Below, piece by piece: positions 19,301 to 26,880 of a DNA stretch of 39,373 bases. The notes under the pieces are model-generated. The model had not been told where the DNA came from. It saw nothing but the letters and a program-made list of their open reading frames with translations, and did not search any database. The DNA comes from a virus (Duplodnaviria; Caudoviricetes). A program made the translations under genes and the position numbers. The stretch's first letter is position 1, and every line of letters starts with the position of its first letter. The stretch lies in IMG/VR virus record IMGVR_UViG_3300035526_000057, positions 1 through 39,373 of that record; one strand, written 5' to 3'.

Positions 19301-21215
19301 GAAGCTATATCCTAACTTTGCTCTTGATGTTCGCCCATATGGATCTAGATCTACAGTATTTATGGGGCCGACAGAGTTCAACTATTGGAGAACAGATGAT
19401 CCGCTAGAGGCAATGGCTCCACAGTTACAGCAAATTAGTAACAAGAACTTCTTTAATGACAGCAATTCTTATGGAGCTGCTGTAAAAGATAAGATTCAAA
19501 ACTTAGTAAAAGAAGATCTTTATGGAGATAGAATTGTAGATGGAAAAAATACTGGTAGCTTTATTCCTTTTGTAAAACATCATGTAGCACTATCATCTAG
19601 TGATATTATAATGAATGGCATTAGATCAACGCCATTTAGAGGGTGGAATAATGTTGTAGTTTCTTACTCTAAAAAACCAGAAGACAACGCTAATCCTCCA
19701 GTTGTTATGCAATCAGCAAATGCCAACTTAGACACCAAGGCTATTAGAACTAAGTATGCTAGTATAACTTGGACAGATGATGAAAAGATGGCTAACCAAT
19801 ATGCTCTTGGATTACTTAAAGAGGGCGTTGAAAAGATGTATGGTGGAACACTAGTCGTTAGAGGTAATGATAAGATTGAGCCATATGATAAGATATATGT
19901 ATGTGACACTGTAAATAAAATGTTTGGATGGGTGGAGGTAGAAACCGTAATCCATAAGTTTGACTGTAAGACTGGATTCACTACACACATAGTTCCAAAT
20001 ATGGTGTGCTCAATTAATAATGATGCATATTCTACATTCTCTCAGGTTGCCAGAAGAAACATCATGAATAACCTAGGAAAGATACTTGTTCACGGTGGCG
20101 TTGCATTAGGTAGCTTAGCGGCAGGAAGTGCTGTTGGTAGTGCAATGACAGCATTAGGTGTAACCGCAGGGGCGACTGCAGGGGCAGTTCTTGGAGCAGC
20201 ATTAGCAGTACTATCAATTGGATATGTCGCATACTCTTCATATCAAAGCGTAAAGCAGCAACTAGCAGACATAGAATTTAAAGCAGAGGAAGAAGATAAG
20301 ATAAAGGCAGAAAAAAAAGCTGCCTCTGAAGTGCTAACTGATCTAATGCTTGTGAATATAATGTCTAAAACATATGTTTGTGGATTAGCAGCTAAAGAAC
20401 TGTTAGGCCTAATTGGAACAAAGAACCTAGCACACGCAGTTGCACATCCATTTGACACTGTAGAAAACATAACATATAAAGCTGCAGAAAAATCAGCAGA
20501 AAAATTTAGACTCGGCGCTGCATACATATCTGAACTAAAAGGTAAATTGTCAACTAAGATTGATGACAGAAACTTTAGAAGACTCAGAGATATAATGGAC
20601 GATCAGGCAAAAAAGGTTGGACGCACAATAGACTGGGATGAAATCGCAGATGAGTTTTCAAAAGGCCCAGAGGCTGGAAAAGCAAGGCTTATGAGCGAGT
20701 TTAATGAAACCGTAATGAAGTCGGATAGCTTACCTGATTCTGCAAAAAGTAAATGGTCAAAAATTATAGGCAAAACAGCCATAAAAGAGGCTGATGATAT
20801 AGCGGGAGATGTAGCAAAAAAATCAATTAAGTCTAGCATTACAGAATCAGCAGCGGCAGCAATGAAGAAAATAAATCTTAAAAAAGCTGGATCATCCTTA
20901 CTGGCATTTTTAGCAGCTGGGGCGGAAATGGTTCCTGCGGAATTTGAATTAATGGTAGTAAATGCTATGTTAAAATCTAATGCAATTATTTGCCATCCAG
21001 TATATAGTAAATATGCTATGCTTATGACAGGCCTTGAAGGCTACTCAAATAGCCCATCATATATGTACATAAAAGATATGATCGTAAGCGCACAAGGGGC
21101 CTTGTCTAAAGCAGCAGAGGCTATTGAAGATATGAGCTATGTCTTTAGAATAGGCGATGACCTAAGTGGCATAGAGCAAGCATTTAGCAAAGCTATACCA
21201 GGGGTACTAAAATAA
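13344..21215 (+). CDS. Multidomain baseplate hub protein: thermonuclease (SNase), two tube-like domains, M15 peptidase, gp27/gpD-like hub and membrane segments
   Basis: 2623 aa. SNase: KVLDGDT, YRIYGVDTNE, DGYER, LAENGIA, NGIW. M15: LREEIG.PFNINCGY, SYHYKGMAVD, GLGVY, FHLDVRG..ARW. Hub: GMRICLKLGY...VFIGVIT...VEAKGDG and GTLVVRGNDKIEPYD...VETVIHKFD..TGFTT. Confidence 0.8.
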   Translation: MALSNETVQKILSDNNLSSPNRSQTENHIGEVITFSPGTLTTDDGVEITSVKVLDGDTVVDESTGQSYRIYGVDTNETAKWKSEAEDYANYQKDVTFAILQYAAATGKEITMVRQRDDGYERWVTDIQIDGTSLSGILAENGIAPVSGGAESNPTPNGFISKRDLQDKENRAQSNYNGIWSQEYIRHPLKYKTTDGTSVTRGETDPALGSKVKAMRIANETDPKTNSNALRGQEKIYKEGITKIGDVYLDIPPTQINISQLRNSYSVPQIGGESRPIFNSSARTVVKISNVFSGSSQINNDLKRILCQFIYNPINLVYSEDIYNKVIGDNKYIREAYNADEKQWWVPMTMDEIVLYTLEGHPDCVCANIQMSVFNFAAYFNSDPNVRIEYHKCIDYDSSKEVENNPQINENTYTLHLEEAIHPYNIRVEQKLNQENRRFTPGDSTTTIFKIAGTASSLSVSTKEKEGEELELKKANKKEGLDYLDDSIIRIVNSEVEGLTTGVQVHMKNNWAWMPVIGYSQPVAQYIGPGETSVSLNIKTNQKEMISKLLSTFGDVQNDNGVEIFYDDRYIVSNSLTRLVGSEICSMNNFSASNVNGHPGWSDINITFTKSTYATSETEDEEPNPLAAFDEYWGLQRILAPIGNKVIEEAIYRETNRLRKYMKDISKENNAIGALCSESGFDDVVRYLDPRSIVAYNKCLQVIRNHASTFSVPSDESVSFNVLMTNTIGLSYFKGITGQYEKKNIKLNGLDIFDRMSIARMPKEFANNAQSSEAIAAYAYYTSNSLKVGEEEKNFDGSLEEETLAGYLLRDRLIRVYCNSKSVKGLNGNRTSFVNLNTELWNEMKKIQEGSKDSPYVNLKIYSTRAKTVTFDFPGSKYDKYKTLIINSIKNAMDDAQGTLEVYNKNWSKLALAKSRGYSIDIGFIGTRAEAKLIQLAFSLGSTGEAFKWIRGRAVSFLKENQDEYPNIFVANCYTDSDNDNVMILDPKTKEIHVTEENYDERLKWVFKLTHAPSQALEMFDEDDVKETVQAIKTEDSVADPTARYILPYAAHRYYPKTDYFIKHHQVLSASVGDWFVNEYIGNPDKLFDMIENSVEDAISPLLNKEAWLYPSANQAKLNKNIVRKISEDENDPSKVIEGICLPFFSKDFSDIDKKGALKREKEGAINTAISVISKGIYFDDDGEAIEELPSDIPLDTFATASMCSKGYYDKIKDVGGYIKRYRNNLYNIYSQNINTSGKTAFLYDYANALQGKQVGGYVKLASNVASNSIIGDFDGSFVNSNIDVQRKLGGSYPANCLMFAMQKSPLLFMEQVGRYAEDVSVIGNSLGFNEVEADLKLKAKILRVLIQENAKGIIRNPSTSGESLKYYKKTEKWEHMNGLTTEMKDTLNKLREEIGLPFNINCGYATNGHSPESYHYKGMAVDFYIKETGFADAYKRVVGALSALGIANKVGLGVYPDWNHPGFHLDVRGRHARWGRIGSTYTSLENALAHYDRKQNTGQSSYELESKASSIVTDLKARLSPYKYAYYVNDQDIREYINRTNYVMRDRESLSWLQSRIAKRTQAYYPARLRNVDNQTKEMAARNSLISMPVTVGVENAFPTYKMYIIEEDTSDIRYFSLDDYYDVRTLQDVMVVRSKDNPVHTLKARVIIDPKYISVSSSVKQKVGPRNEDLEGENAVPATPDVDTDRENFFNKGLAPFRTGMRICLKLGYHSDPRILSTVFIGVITGLQGNMNTGVYEVEAKGDGRELTVPPSPALRPNVSGKNFAEIISILMRTNPSVLHFGKVYGSFLEKFSRRHFALLAMVKQGLLDNAMKTSSFLGIGAAVGFSAGYLLPGRVLSRSAVMKILGAAGGGLVGVTTSLYMTSGGMYNRSSLPFSARNRYEKYAEFASKIDKFDGAKPFIFTKRFISARWNNLCKWMMGNTFNVAKASKQVAEIMYLTYKQGNDPIDDNIFAVDIWNTASIEDTFNMPINSSRSIWEIMSDIKKLYPNFALDVRPYGSRSTVFMGPTEFNYWRTDDPLEAMAPQLQQISNKNFFNDSNSYGAAVKDKIQNLVKEDLYGDRIVDGKNTGSFIPFVKHHVALSSSDIIMNGIRSTPFRGWNNVVVSYSKKPEDNANPPVVMQSANANLDTKAIRTKYASITWTDDEKMANQYALGLLKEGVEKMYGGTLVVRGNDKIEPYDKIYVCDTVNKMFGWVEVETVIHKFDCKTGFTTHIVPNMVCSINNDAYSTFSQVARRNIMNNLGKILVHGGVALGSLAAGSAVGSAMTALGVTAGATAGAVLGAALAVLSIGYVAYSSYQSVKQQLADIEFKAEEEDKIKAEKKAASEVLTDLMLVNIMSKTYVCGLAAKELLGLIGTKNLAHAVAHPFDTVENITYKAAEKSAEKFRLGAAYISELKGKLSTKIDDRNFRRLRDIMDDQAKKVGRTIDWDEIADEFSKGPEAGKARLMSEFNETVMKSDSLPDSAKSKWSKIIGKTAIKEADDIAGDVAKKSIKSSITESAAAAMKKINLKKAGSSLLAFLAAGAEMVPAEFELMVVNAMLKSNAIICHPVYSKYAMLMTGLEGYSNSPSYMYIKDMIVSAQGALSKAAEAIEDMSYVFRIGDDLSGIEQAFSKAIPGVLK

Positions 21216-21592
21216 TGAGTGATATAAAAGATTTAAATTCAAGAATTGAAGGACTACAAGAATCTGGCAATAAGGCGGCATCTCAGGATGTCGCCGTCAG
21301 AGAAATATCGATTGGACAAGTAGAAGGTTGTGATGTAAAGAAGAACACCTACAGGGTGAGGATATTGGATGAAGACAAGATTGTTAATGCTAAGCTATCT
21401 GGGCTATTAAGTGATGGATTTATTTTTAGTAGACATTATTCTGGAGACTTAGTAATGGTCGTGCATAAGGGCGGCAGTGATGCAATCATTCTTTGCAAGA
21501 TAGACAAGTACAGAAACAATGATATAAAAGAAAATAAGGAGTCTGATCCAAAAAACCACAACATAATTCAAACCAACGTTGCTCCAACGTAA
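21215..21592 (+). CDS. Baseplate spike OB-fold-like protein (gpV/gp5 N-terminal-like)
   Basis: 125 aa. IGQVEGCD.....YRVRI...GDLVMVVH.GG..AIIL is typical of spike OB domains. It is coupled to the hub gene by a TAATG overlap. Confidence 0.55.
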   Translation: MSDIKDLNSRIEGLQESGNKAASQDVAVREISIGQVEGCDVKKNTYRVRILDEDKIVNAKLSGLLSDGFIFSRHYSGDLVMVVHKGGSDAIILCKIDKYRNNDIKENKESDPKNHNIIQTNVAPT

Positions 21593-21602
21593 TAGGTGAT
21601 AT

Positions 21603-22001
21603 ATGGCAATAAAAAATAATGAACTAACAAGCTTTGGCATTGAGGGAGAAACGCAAGATGTAGACGATATGAATCTTGTAAAACATGAACAAGACCATAG
21701 AAAAATAGCTACAAGAACTGGATCTGCTCAGATATATATAACAGATAATCTTGTGGTGGTTTCAAATGGAGCAAACGGATTATTAGTTAATGACAGAGGA
21801 ACAGCCGTGGCGAATCCTTTTCATATAGCTACGGATCCATCTCAAACAAGAATAAATACATTTTGGGTAGTAAATGACGAAATCATGACAACATTACCTT
21901 CCACAGTTTACACTCCAATCCCAATGTTAAGATACAAGAAACCAGCAGTAGTAGATCAAATATCTGATCTGGCTAAAAAAATATCAGCCCTATCTGAATA
22001 G
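21603..22001 (+). CDS. Putative spike beta-strand-repeat protein
   Basis: 132 aa with RBS AGGTGA. Short beta-strand and turn periodicity (GSAQIYITDNLVVVSNGANGLLVNDRGTAV). It lies between the OB-fold gene and the gp25-like gene. Confidence 0.4.
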   Translation: MAIKNNELTSFGIEGETQDVDDMNLVKHEQDHRKIATRTGSAQIYITDNLVVVSNGANGLLVNDRGTAVANPFHIATDPSQTRINTFWVVNDEIMTTLPSTVYTPIPMLRYKKPAVVDQISDLAKKISALSE

Positions 22002-22002
22002 G

Positions 22003-22011
22003 TTATTAACA
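22003..22011 (+). promoter_or_regulatory. TTATTAACA motif, candidate phage promoter element
   Basis: In the 22002-22027 gap, upstream of the GAGG RBS and the ATG at 22028. Confidence 0.55.
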
Positions 22012-22027
22012 AAAGAAGAGGAACGCA

Positions 22028-22429
22028 ATGTTAGCAATATACGATTTAGTTACAGATGACTCAGATGATCTTATAATTGACGGGGACTTAGATATTGAAG
22101 TGGATCCTCTTAAGTCTCTTATAAAAGTCGCACAAAGACGAGTATCAGCAAGGTGTGATGACTTCATGCTAGAGAATGTTGGTGCTGGTATTGAGCGTTA
22201 TCTGCAAAAAAGAATTAACACAAGCACGAAATTTCAGATTCAAGAAGAAATTTCAAGAGTCCTTTCAGACAACAATCTTTTTCTTCGCAAAGAATTTAAA
22301 ACAATCTTATTAGACGAAAATGAAGATGGAAGTCTTCCTATTATAATAAAACTAAAATCAAACTTTACAGATTATGGCTACTCATTTAGAGTATTAATAA
22401 ATAACCAAAATCAAAGGTCTTATAATTGA
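22028..22429 (+). CDS. Baseplate wedge / sheath initiator, gp25/gpW-like
   Basis: 133 aa. DL..D..DDLII.GDLDI...RR......F....VGAGIERYL....N......I.EEI...L. Size and position just before baseplate J agree. Confidence 0.65.
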   Translation: MLAIYDLVTDDSDDLIIDGDLDIEVDPLKSLIKVAQRRVSARCDDFMLENVGAGIERYLQKRINTSTKFQIQEEISRVLSDNNLFLRKEFKTILLDENEDGSLPIIIKLKSNFTDYGYSFRVLINNQNQRSYN

Positions 22430-22434
22430 GCTAG

Positions 22435-22443
22435 TTATTAACA
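22435..22443 (+). promoter_or_regulatory. TTATTAACA motif, candidate phage promoter element
   Basis: In the 22430-22469 gap, upstream of the AAGGAG RBS of the endonuclease gene. Confidence 0.55.
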
Positions 22444-22469
22444 CATAGCGACAAATAAAGGAGAGCTAT

Positions 22470-23210
22470 GTGAGAACCAAAATAACAACAGAAGAGTTTA
22501 TAAAAAAAGCAATAAGTGTACATGGTGACGAATATGATTACTCAAAAACAAAATATGAAGGTGTCTATAAAAAGGTAACTATAATTTGCCCTATCCATGG
22601 AGGGTTTGAGCAAACACCAAATAACCATCTCAGCGGAAGAGGGTGTCATCTTTGTTCAGCTAAAAAATCTGCTAAAACCAGAACATTATCAACTAGAGAT
22701 TTTATAGAAAGAGCACAGAATGTGCATGGCAGCAAATATAGCTATTCTCTTTCTGAATATAAGGGACAAAGAAAGAAAATAAAAATTATTTGCCCTGAGC
22801 ATGGAGAGTTTGAGCAAAACCCAGTTGAGCATTGGGCTGGAAAAGGATGTCCAAGATGCAAGTCCTCAAAAGGTGAAGAGATAATTTTTAATTTTTTAGA
22901 AAAATCTAACATAAAATTTATAAAAGAAAAAACATTTAATAATTGCAAAGACAAAGTTAAGCTCAGGTTTGATTTTTACCTTCCAGAACATAATATGTGT
23001 ATTGAGTTTGATGGCATTGGACATTATAGGGCTCAGTCAAATTGGGGTGGAGAAAAAGCTTTTTTAAAACAGAAAAAAAGAGATAAAATTAAAGATCAAT
23101 ACTGCAAGAATAGCAATATAAAACTTATAAGAATACCATATTGGGATAAAGAAAATATTGGCTTAATTTTAACGCAGCATTTGGAGGGTAAAATTGGCAA
23201 CATACAGTGA
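22470..23210 (+). CDS. Free-standing putative homing endonuclease (two DUF723-like Zn-binding repeats plus a Vsr/DUF559-like PD-(D/E)xK domain)
   Basis: 246 aa with a GTG start after AAGGAG. Two repeats of FI..A..VHG..Y.YS...Y......I.IICP.HG.FEQ.P..H..G.GC..C, then SKGE, FDFYLP....IEFDG.GHY, D..K..YC....I.LIRIPYW. Confidence 0.85.
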   Translation: MRTKITTEEFIKKAISVHGDEYDYSKTKYEGVYKKVTIICPIHGGFEQTPNNHLSGRGCHLCSAKKSAKTRTLSTRDFIERAQNVHGSKYSYSLSEYKGQRKKIKIICPEHGEFEQNPVEHWAGKGCPRCKSSKGEEIIFNFLEKSNIKFIKEKTFNNCKDKVKLRFDFYLPEHNMCIEFDGIGHYRAQSNWGGEKAFLKQKKRDKIKDQYCKNSNIKLIRIPYWDKENIGLILTQHLEGKIGNIQ

Positions 23211-24408
23211 CAAATTATCAAGAATTCTTCAGGTTATGTCAGAAAGAATGGGTCTTAAGAATCTTGTACCTGGCTCTAAAGCATATCAAATTGCTGAGTC
23301 GATGGCGTATGAGCTTATGATGCAAGAGGCTGACCAAGAAGAATATGGAAAAAGCAACAGTATAGCAATAAGTACAGGATCCGATCTCGATAGGATCGGT
23401 GAAGATTTCTTTAGGGTTAGTAGGCTTGATAGTATAAGAACATATACATCATCAAGGATGAAGGCTATTAAGTTTTATGTTGATTCTGGATTAACATTTG
23501 GTAGCATAAACTATGATTCGTCTACTGGGACAAATGTGCCTATGGATATTACAATCCCAGAAGGAACAACAATAAGTGGCACAAGAAACGGCGCTACATA
23601 TAGATTCAGAGTAACTGCAGACACAGTGTTATCATCAGATGATAGTGAGGCATATGTTCCAACTGAAATTATCCAGGGAAGCTTATCAACAATCCCATCT
23701 AATACACTAAAGACACATAGTTTTACAAATTATACACAAAATCTTAACAGGCTACTTAAAGTTACAAACCCAGTTCCTATTAGTACCGGGCGTGAAAAAG
23801 AAGAGGATGAGGACTTTAGATATAGAATCCCTAATGCACTTAAAGTATTTGTAAAGACAAATACGCCATCTATATATGAGCTATTGACAAATCTCCCAGA
23901 GGTTTCGAATGTATATATTGATGAGGCTGCAAATGGCGGTGGAACTTTTACAGTATACGTACAAGGCATAACGCCTGTAACAGAAGATAGCCTATTAGAA
24001 GATGTACAATCACTAGTATCAGATACTATATCACCATGGGTTATCTCATATAACATAACAAAACCAAATTACATTGGCCTGTATATGTCAATAAATATAA
24101 CTGTAAGAGAGTCAGTTAGCGCATCTTTTGCTGAAAGTATTAAGAACAGCATAGACACCTTTATAAACAACTTCTATGGAGAGAAGTTTTATGTTAATTC
24201 GATACTTAGTCTAGTAAATAGTCTAAGCTCAAAAGTACTAACATCATCCTTTAATTATGTAAGAGTATATACGGGAGATGAGGATTCAAGGAGATATACT
24301 GAAATAAATTTCGAAGAAACTCCGAACCCTGTATTGTATATAAACTCAAAAGAAAAACTAATAGTTGAACAGGTTAGCAATTCAATTTCTGTAACAGCAA
24401 CGGTATAA
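23194..24408 (+). CDS. Baseplate J-like wedge protein
   Basis: 404 aa with a TTG start preceded by GGAGG. PGS motif, STGSDLDRIG....V.R, ITIPEGT, VTNP....TGRE.E.DE.FRYRI and GGTF.VYV are hallmarks of Baseplate_J. Confidence 0.85.
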   Translation: MATYSDKLSRILQVMSERMGLKNLVPGSKAYQIAESMAYELMMQEADQEEYGKSNSIAISTGSDLDRIGEDFFRVSRLDSIRTYTSSRMKAIKFYVDSGLTFGSINYDSSTGTNVPMDITIPEGTTISGTRNGATYRFRVTADTVLSSDDSEAYVPTEIIQGSLSTIPSNTLKTHSFTNYTQNLNRLLKVTNPVPISTGREKEEDEDFRYRIPNALKVFVKTNTPSIYELLTNLPEVSNVYIDEAANGGGTFTVYVQGITPVTEDSLLEDVQSLVSDTISPWVISYNITKPNYIGLYMSINITVRESVSASFAESIKNSIDTFINNFYGEKFYVNSILSLVNSLSSKVLTSSFNYVRVYTGDEDSRRYTEINFEETPNPVLYINSKEKLIVEQVSNSISVTATV

Positions 24409-24409
24409 A

Positions 24410-26095
24410 ATGATCTATCCAATAACAGCAACTACACTAAAAAACATAAGTCAAATGAACTATAGCCTATATAGCGCTATAGATGTAAATCAACTTAAAC
24501 AAAACCATGACTCATCATCAGCGGTTAGGCTTTTAAGTTGTCTTACAGATGTTTCTAAAGAAGTATCTTTAGATAGAGAATATCAAATAAGATTTGATCT
24601 TAAGAACATTGACTTTATAAATATTGATAGGCTTAATGGTTTTGATATAAAATCCATACCTGGATTCTCAGTAGACAATGAAGATGAAAGGGTCATAACT
24701 GGATATAGCAACTATACAGACACATGGTATGTGTTAGAGCAGGTATCTAGAAGGAATGAATTTATAAGACAATCATTTCCAGCAGATGTTTTTCTTAGTA
24801 GCGAGGTTGATGTTGGTAACTCAATAAGCCAGGTTTTATATCCTAAAAAGAAAATAGCAATTGATATGATTGTAAATGATAGTGCTATTACAATTAGGCC
24901 AGTATCTGGTTTTAATTTATTTAACCTTGAATCAGAATATCCTATAGTAATAAGAGTGTTTGGCATAAACGTAGATGGCGATGAAGTAGTTGAAGATATT
25001 CCGGTATATTCTAGTATCGATTATTTTAGCGATAAAGAATATATGAAGATTAATCATATGATGGTTCTTAATTCACAATACTCGATTGAAATTGAAGTAA
25101 TGCCATATATATCTGGATCAATAGTTACTTTAGATGCAAAGTATTTTGATAGAGAGCAGAGACAAGAATATGAGTGCATATTGTCAGTCAATAAAGAAGA
25201 CAACACGCTAGACTATAACATCTTAAGAGAGCATATATCAGAATACCCGTTCCAGTACGAAAGGATGAAGTATGTAGACATTGATATTCCTGATGGGGAA
25301 ACAATTATAGAAGAATACATAGATGTTCCAAGTAAGCTATTATATCTGCTTACAGATAACACGGAAAACAAAACCCTTAGATGCTATCCTTTAATTATTC
25401 CTAAGACAGAAAATCCTGAGCTTGATGAAATAAAAACAAGAGAGCAGGCTATTCGTGTTGAGTACTACGAAGATTGCACTACAAATAACTTTGTTTTTTA
25501 TGTATTCCCAGTATCAAAAACTGGAGATATATCATATATGCATATACTAATAGATGATGAAGTATATGAGAGTGATATATTACTAGATCTTATTAGAGAA
25601 AATATTGAGACAAATAGATTCGAGATTCCATTCTCTGACATATTTACAGACGAAAAAGAAACTGCTACAATCTCCTTTAAGACATATGGAGATAAGCAAA
25701 CAGTTCAGCCAGTATTTGTAGATAGAACGAAGCTAAAGGAATTATGGGCAAAGAGTCTATCAGAAATAAACTATGTATTTAAAGAAGCTCCAGAGGAAGA
25801 GGCAATAGAGCCAAGCATCTTTAGTACAAAAGTTCCGTATAACACAGTAAAGATATATGGATATGGTGAAGAAGGCTATAGTGGCGACATACAAGATAGC
25901 GACACCAATTATGGATATGGCGGATATGTAGCTGTAGATAAAAGCTCACTTATGAAACTATCTAATCACGGAAGCGTTCTTCTTGGCGGGATTAAAATAA
26001 TCAACATATTCAACACATTCTATTATGATGAAGATGATGGGACAATTATTACATCAGATACAATTACGCACTTAAGTAGTCAGGAGCAATCATGA
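24410..26095 (+). CDS. Putative baseplate structural protein
   Basis: 561 aa, acidic and beta-rich, immediately after baseplate J. No recognisable catalytic motif. Confidence 0.45.
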   Translation: MIYPITATTLKNISQMNYSLYSAIDVNQLKQNHDSSSAVRLLSCLTDVSKEVSLDREYQIRFDLKNIDFINIDRLNGFDIKSIPGFSVDNEDERVITGYSNYTDTWYVLEQVSRRNEFIRQSFPADVFLSSEVDVGNSISQVLYPKKKIAIDMIVNDSAITIRPVSGFNLFNLESEYPIVIRVFGINVDGDEVVEDIPVYSSIDYFSDKEYMKINHMMVLNSQYSIEIEVMPYISGSIVTLDAKYFDREQRQEYECILSVNKEDNTLDYNILREHISEYPFQYERMKYVDIDIPDGETIIEEYIDVPSKLLYLLTDNTENKTLRCYPLIIPKTENPELDEIKTREQAIRVEYYEDCTTNNFVFYVFPVSKTGDISYMHILIDDEVYESDILLDLIRENIETNRFEIPFSDIFTDEKETATISFKTYGDKQTVQPVFVDRTKLKELWAKSLSEINYVFKEAPEEEAIEPSIFSTKVPYNTVKIYGYGEEGYSGDIQDSDTNYGYGGYVAVDKSSLMKLSNHGSVLLGGIKIINIFNTFYYDEDDGTIITSDTITHLSSQEQS

Positions 26096-26880
26096 GTTTT
26101 GGCATTTGGAACAATCTAGATGATGCAGCGCTATATCTTGGAGTTAGCAGGCTAGATTATGAATCAGATGAAGTTTTTTATAACAGAATAAAAAAGTTCG
26201 GTAAATGGAAATATCGCCCTGATTATTTTACTCAAGTACATTCTTTGCCCCTACAAATAGGCCTAGACTTTAGAACTATTATGGAGATTAAGTCTGCCTC
26301 AGATAAAAGAATAGAGTATGTTTTAGATTGGGAATATTTCACACTAGAGACATTTAATGATGATGGATCCACTAATGAGTATATAAGAGTTTTCATAAAC
26401 ACTCCTGATTGCACACTGGAAAAGATTACAGACCTGTTAGATAGTTCTGAGGATATAGAATATTTATTTTTTAAAGAAAATTACAAAAACTATTCGACAA
26501 AGAATCTAATAAGAAATAAAAATACATTTGTAAAGAAAGAATCTATTTCAAGCAAGAATAGCAATCTTGAAAACAAGAATATAATAAAGGGATCATTTAG
26601 GGCTATAAATACACAGCTATTTAAAAGAGAAGTAGACAGTCTTCAAGATCTTAAAAAAGATGGAGATTACTTTATAGATTACGAAAATGGATATGTAGAA
26701 ACATTTACAATTCCAACAGATGTTGCTAATATTACATATAAGTTCTTTAAGAAAAACATAAGAATAGAGCATACAGATTTAAATTTAATCCCACTTAATA
26801 TTATATCCAAGTACGGAGTAACAGATAAGTTTATAGATCTAGTTCCATATATTTTAGCGGGAAATGTTTGGGGTAAATAA
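26092..26880 (+). CDS. Putative baseplate wedge protein (gpI/gp7-like N-terminus)
   Basis: 262 aa. WNNLDDAALYLGVSRLDYESDEVFYNRI matches the LD..G..LG..R...E.D..Y..RI wedge pattern. GDYFIDYENG resembles a motif common in structural proteins. ATGA overlap with the upstream gene. Confidence 0.55.
   Translation: MSFGIWNNLDDAALYLGVSRLDYESDEVFYNRIKKFGKWKYRPDYFTQVHSLPLQIGLDFRTIMEIKSASDKRIEYVLDWEYFTLETFNDDGSTNEYIRVFINTPDCTLEKITDLLDSSEDIEYLFFKENYKNYSTKNLIRNKNTFVKKESISSKNSNLENKNIIKGSFRAINTQLFKREVDSLQDLKKDGDYFIDYENGYVETFTIPTDVANITYKFFKKNIRIEHTDLNLIPLNIISKYGVTDKFIDLVPYILAGNVWGK

Noticed and set aside
22430-23210. Group I intron or intein housing the endonuclease
   Set aside because: Only 40 nt of non-coding sequence lie upstream and none downstream, too little for a ribozyme core. 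Both flanking genes appear complete.
25850-25930. Short GYG repeats (YGYGEEGY...YGYGGY) in the 561-aa protein
   Set aside because: Only two imperfect copies in a low-complexity loop, not enough to support a repeat feature or function.
13344-26880. Bacterial eCIS, T6SS or tailocin rather than a phage
   Set aside because: The RNAP-like gene, free-standing homing endonuclease, solo Cas4-like gene and uninterrupted phage-style packing favour a large phage. No capsid or terminase gene is in the window, so this is not formally excluded.
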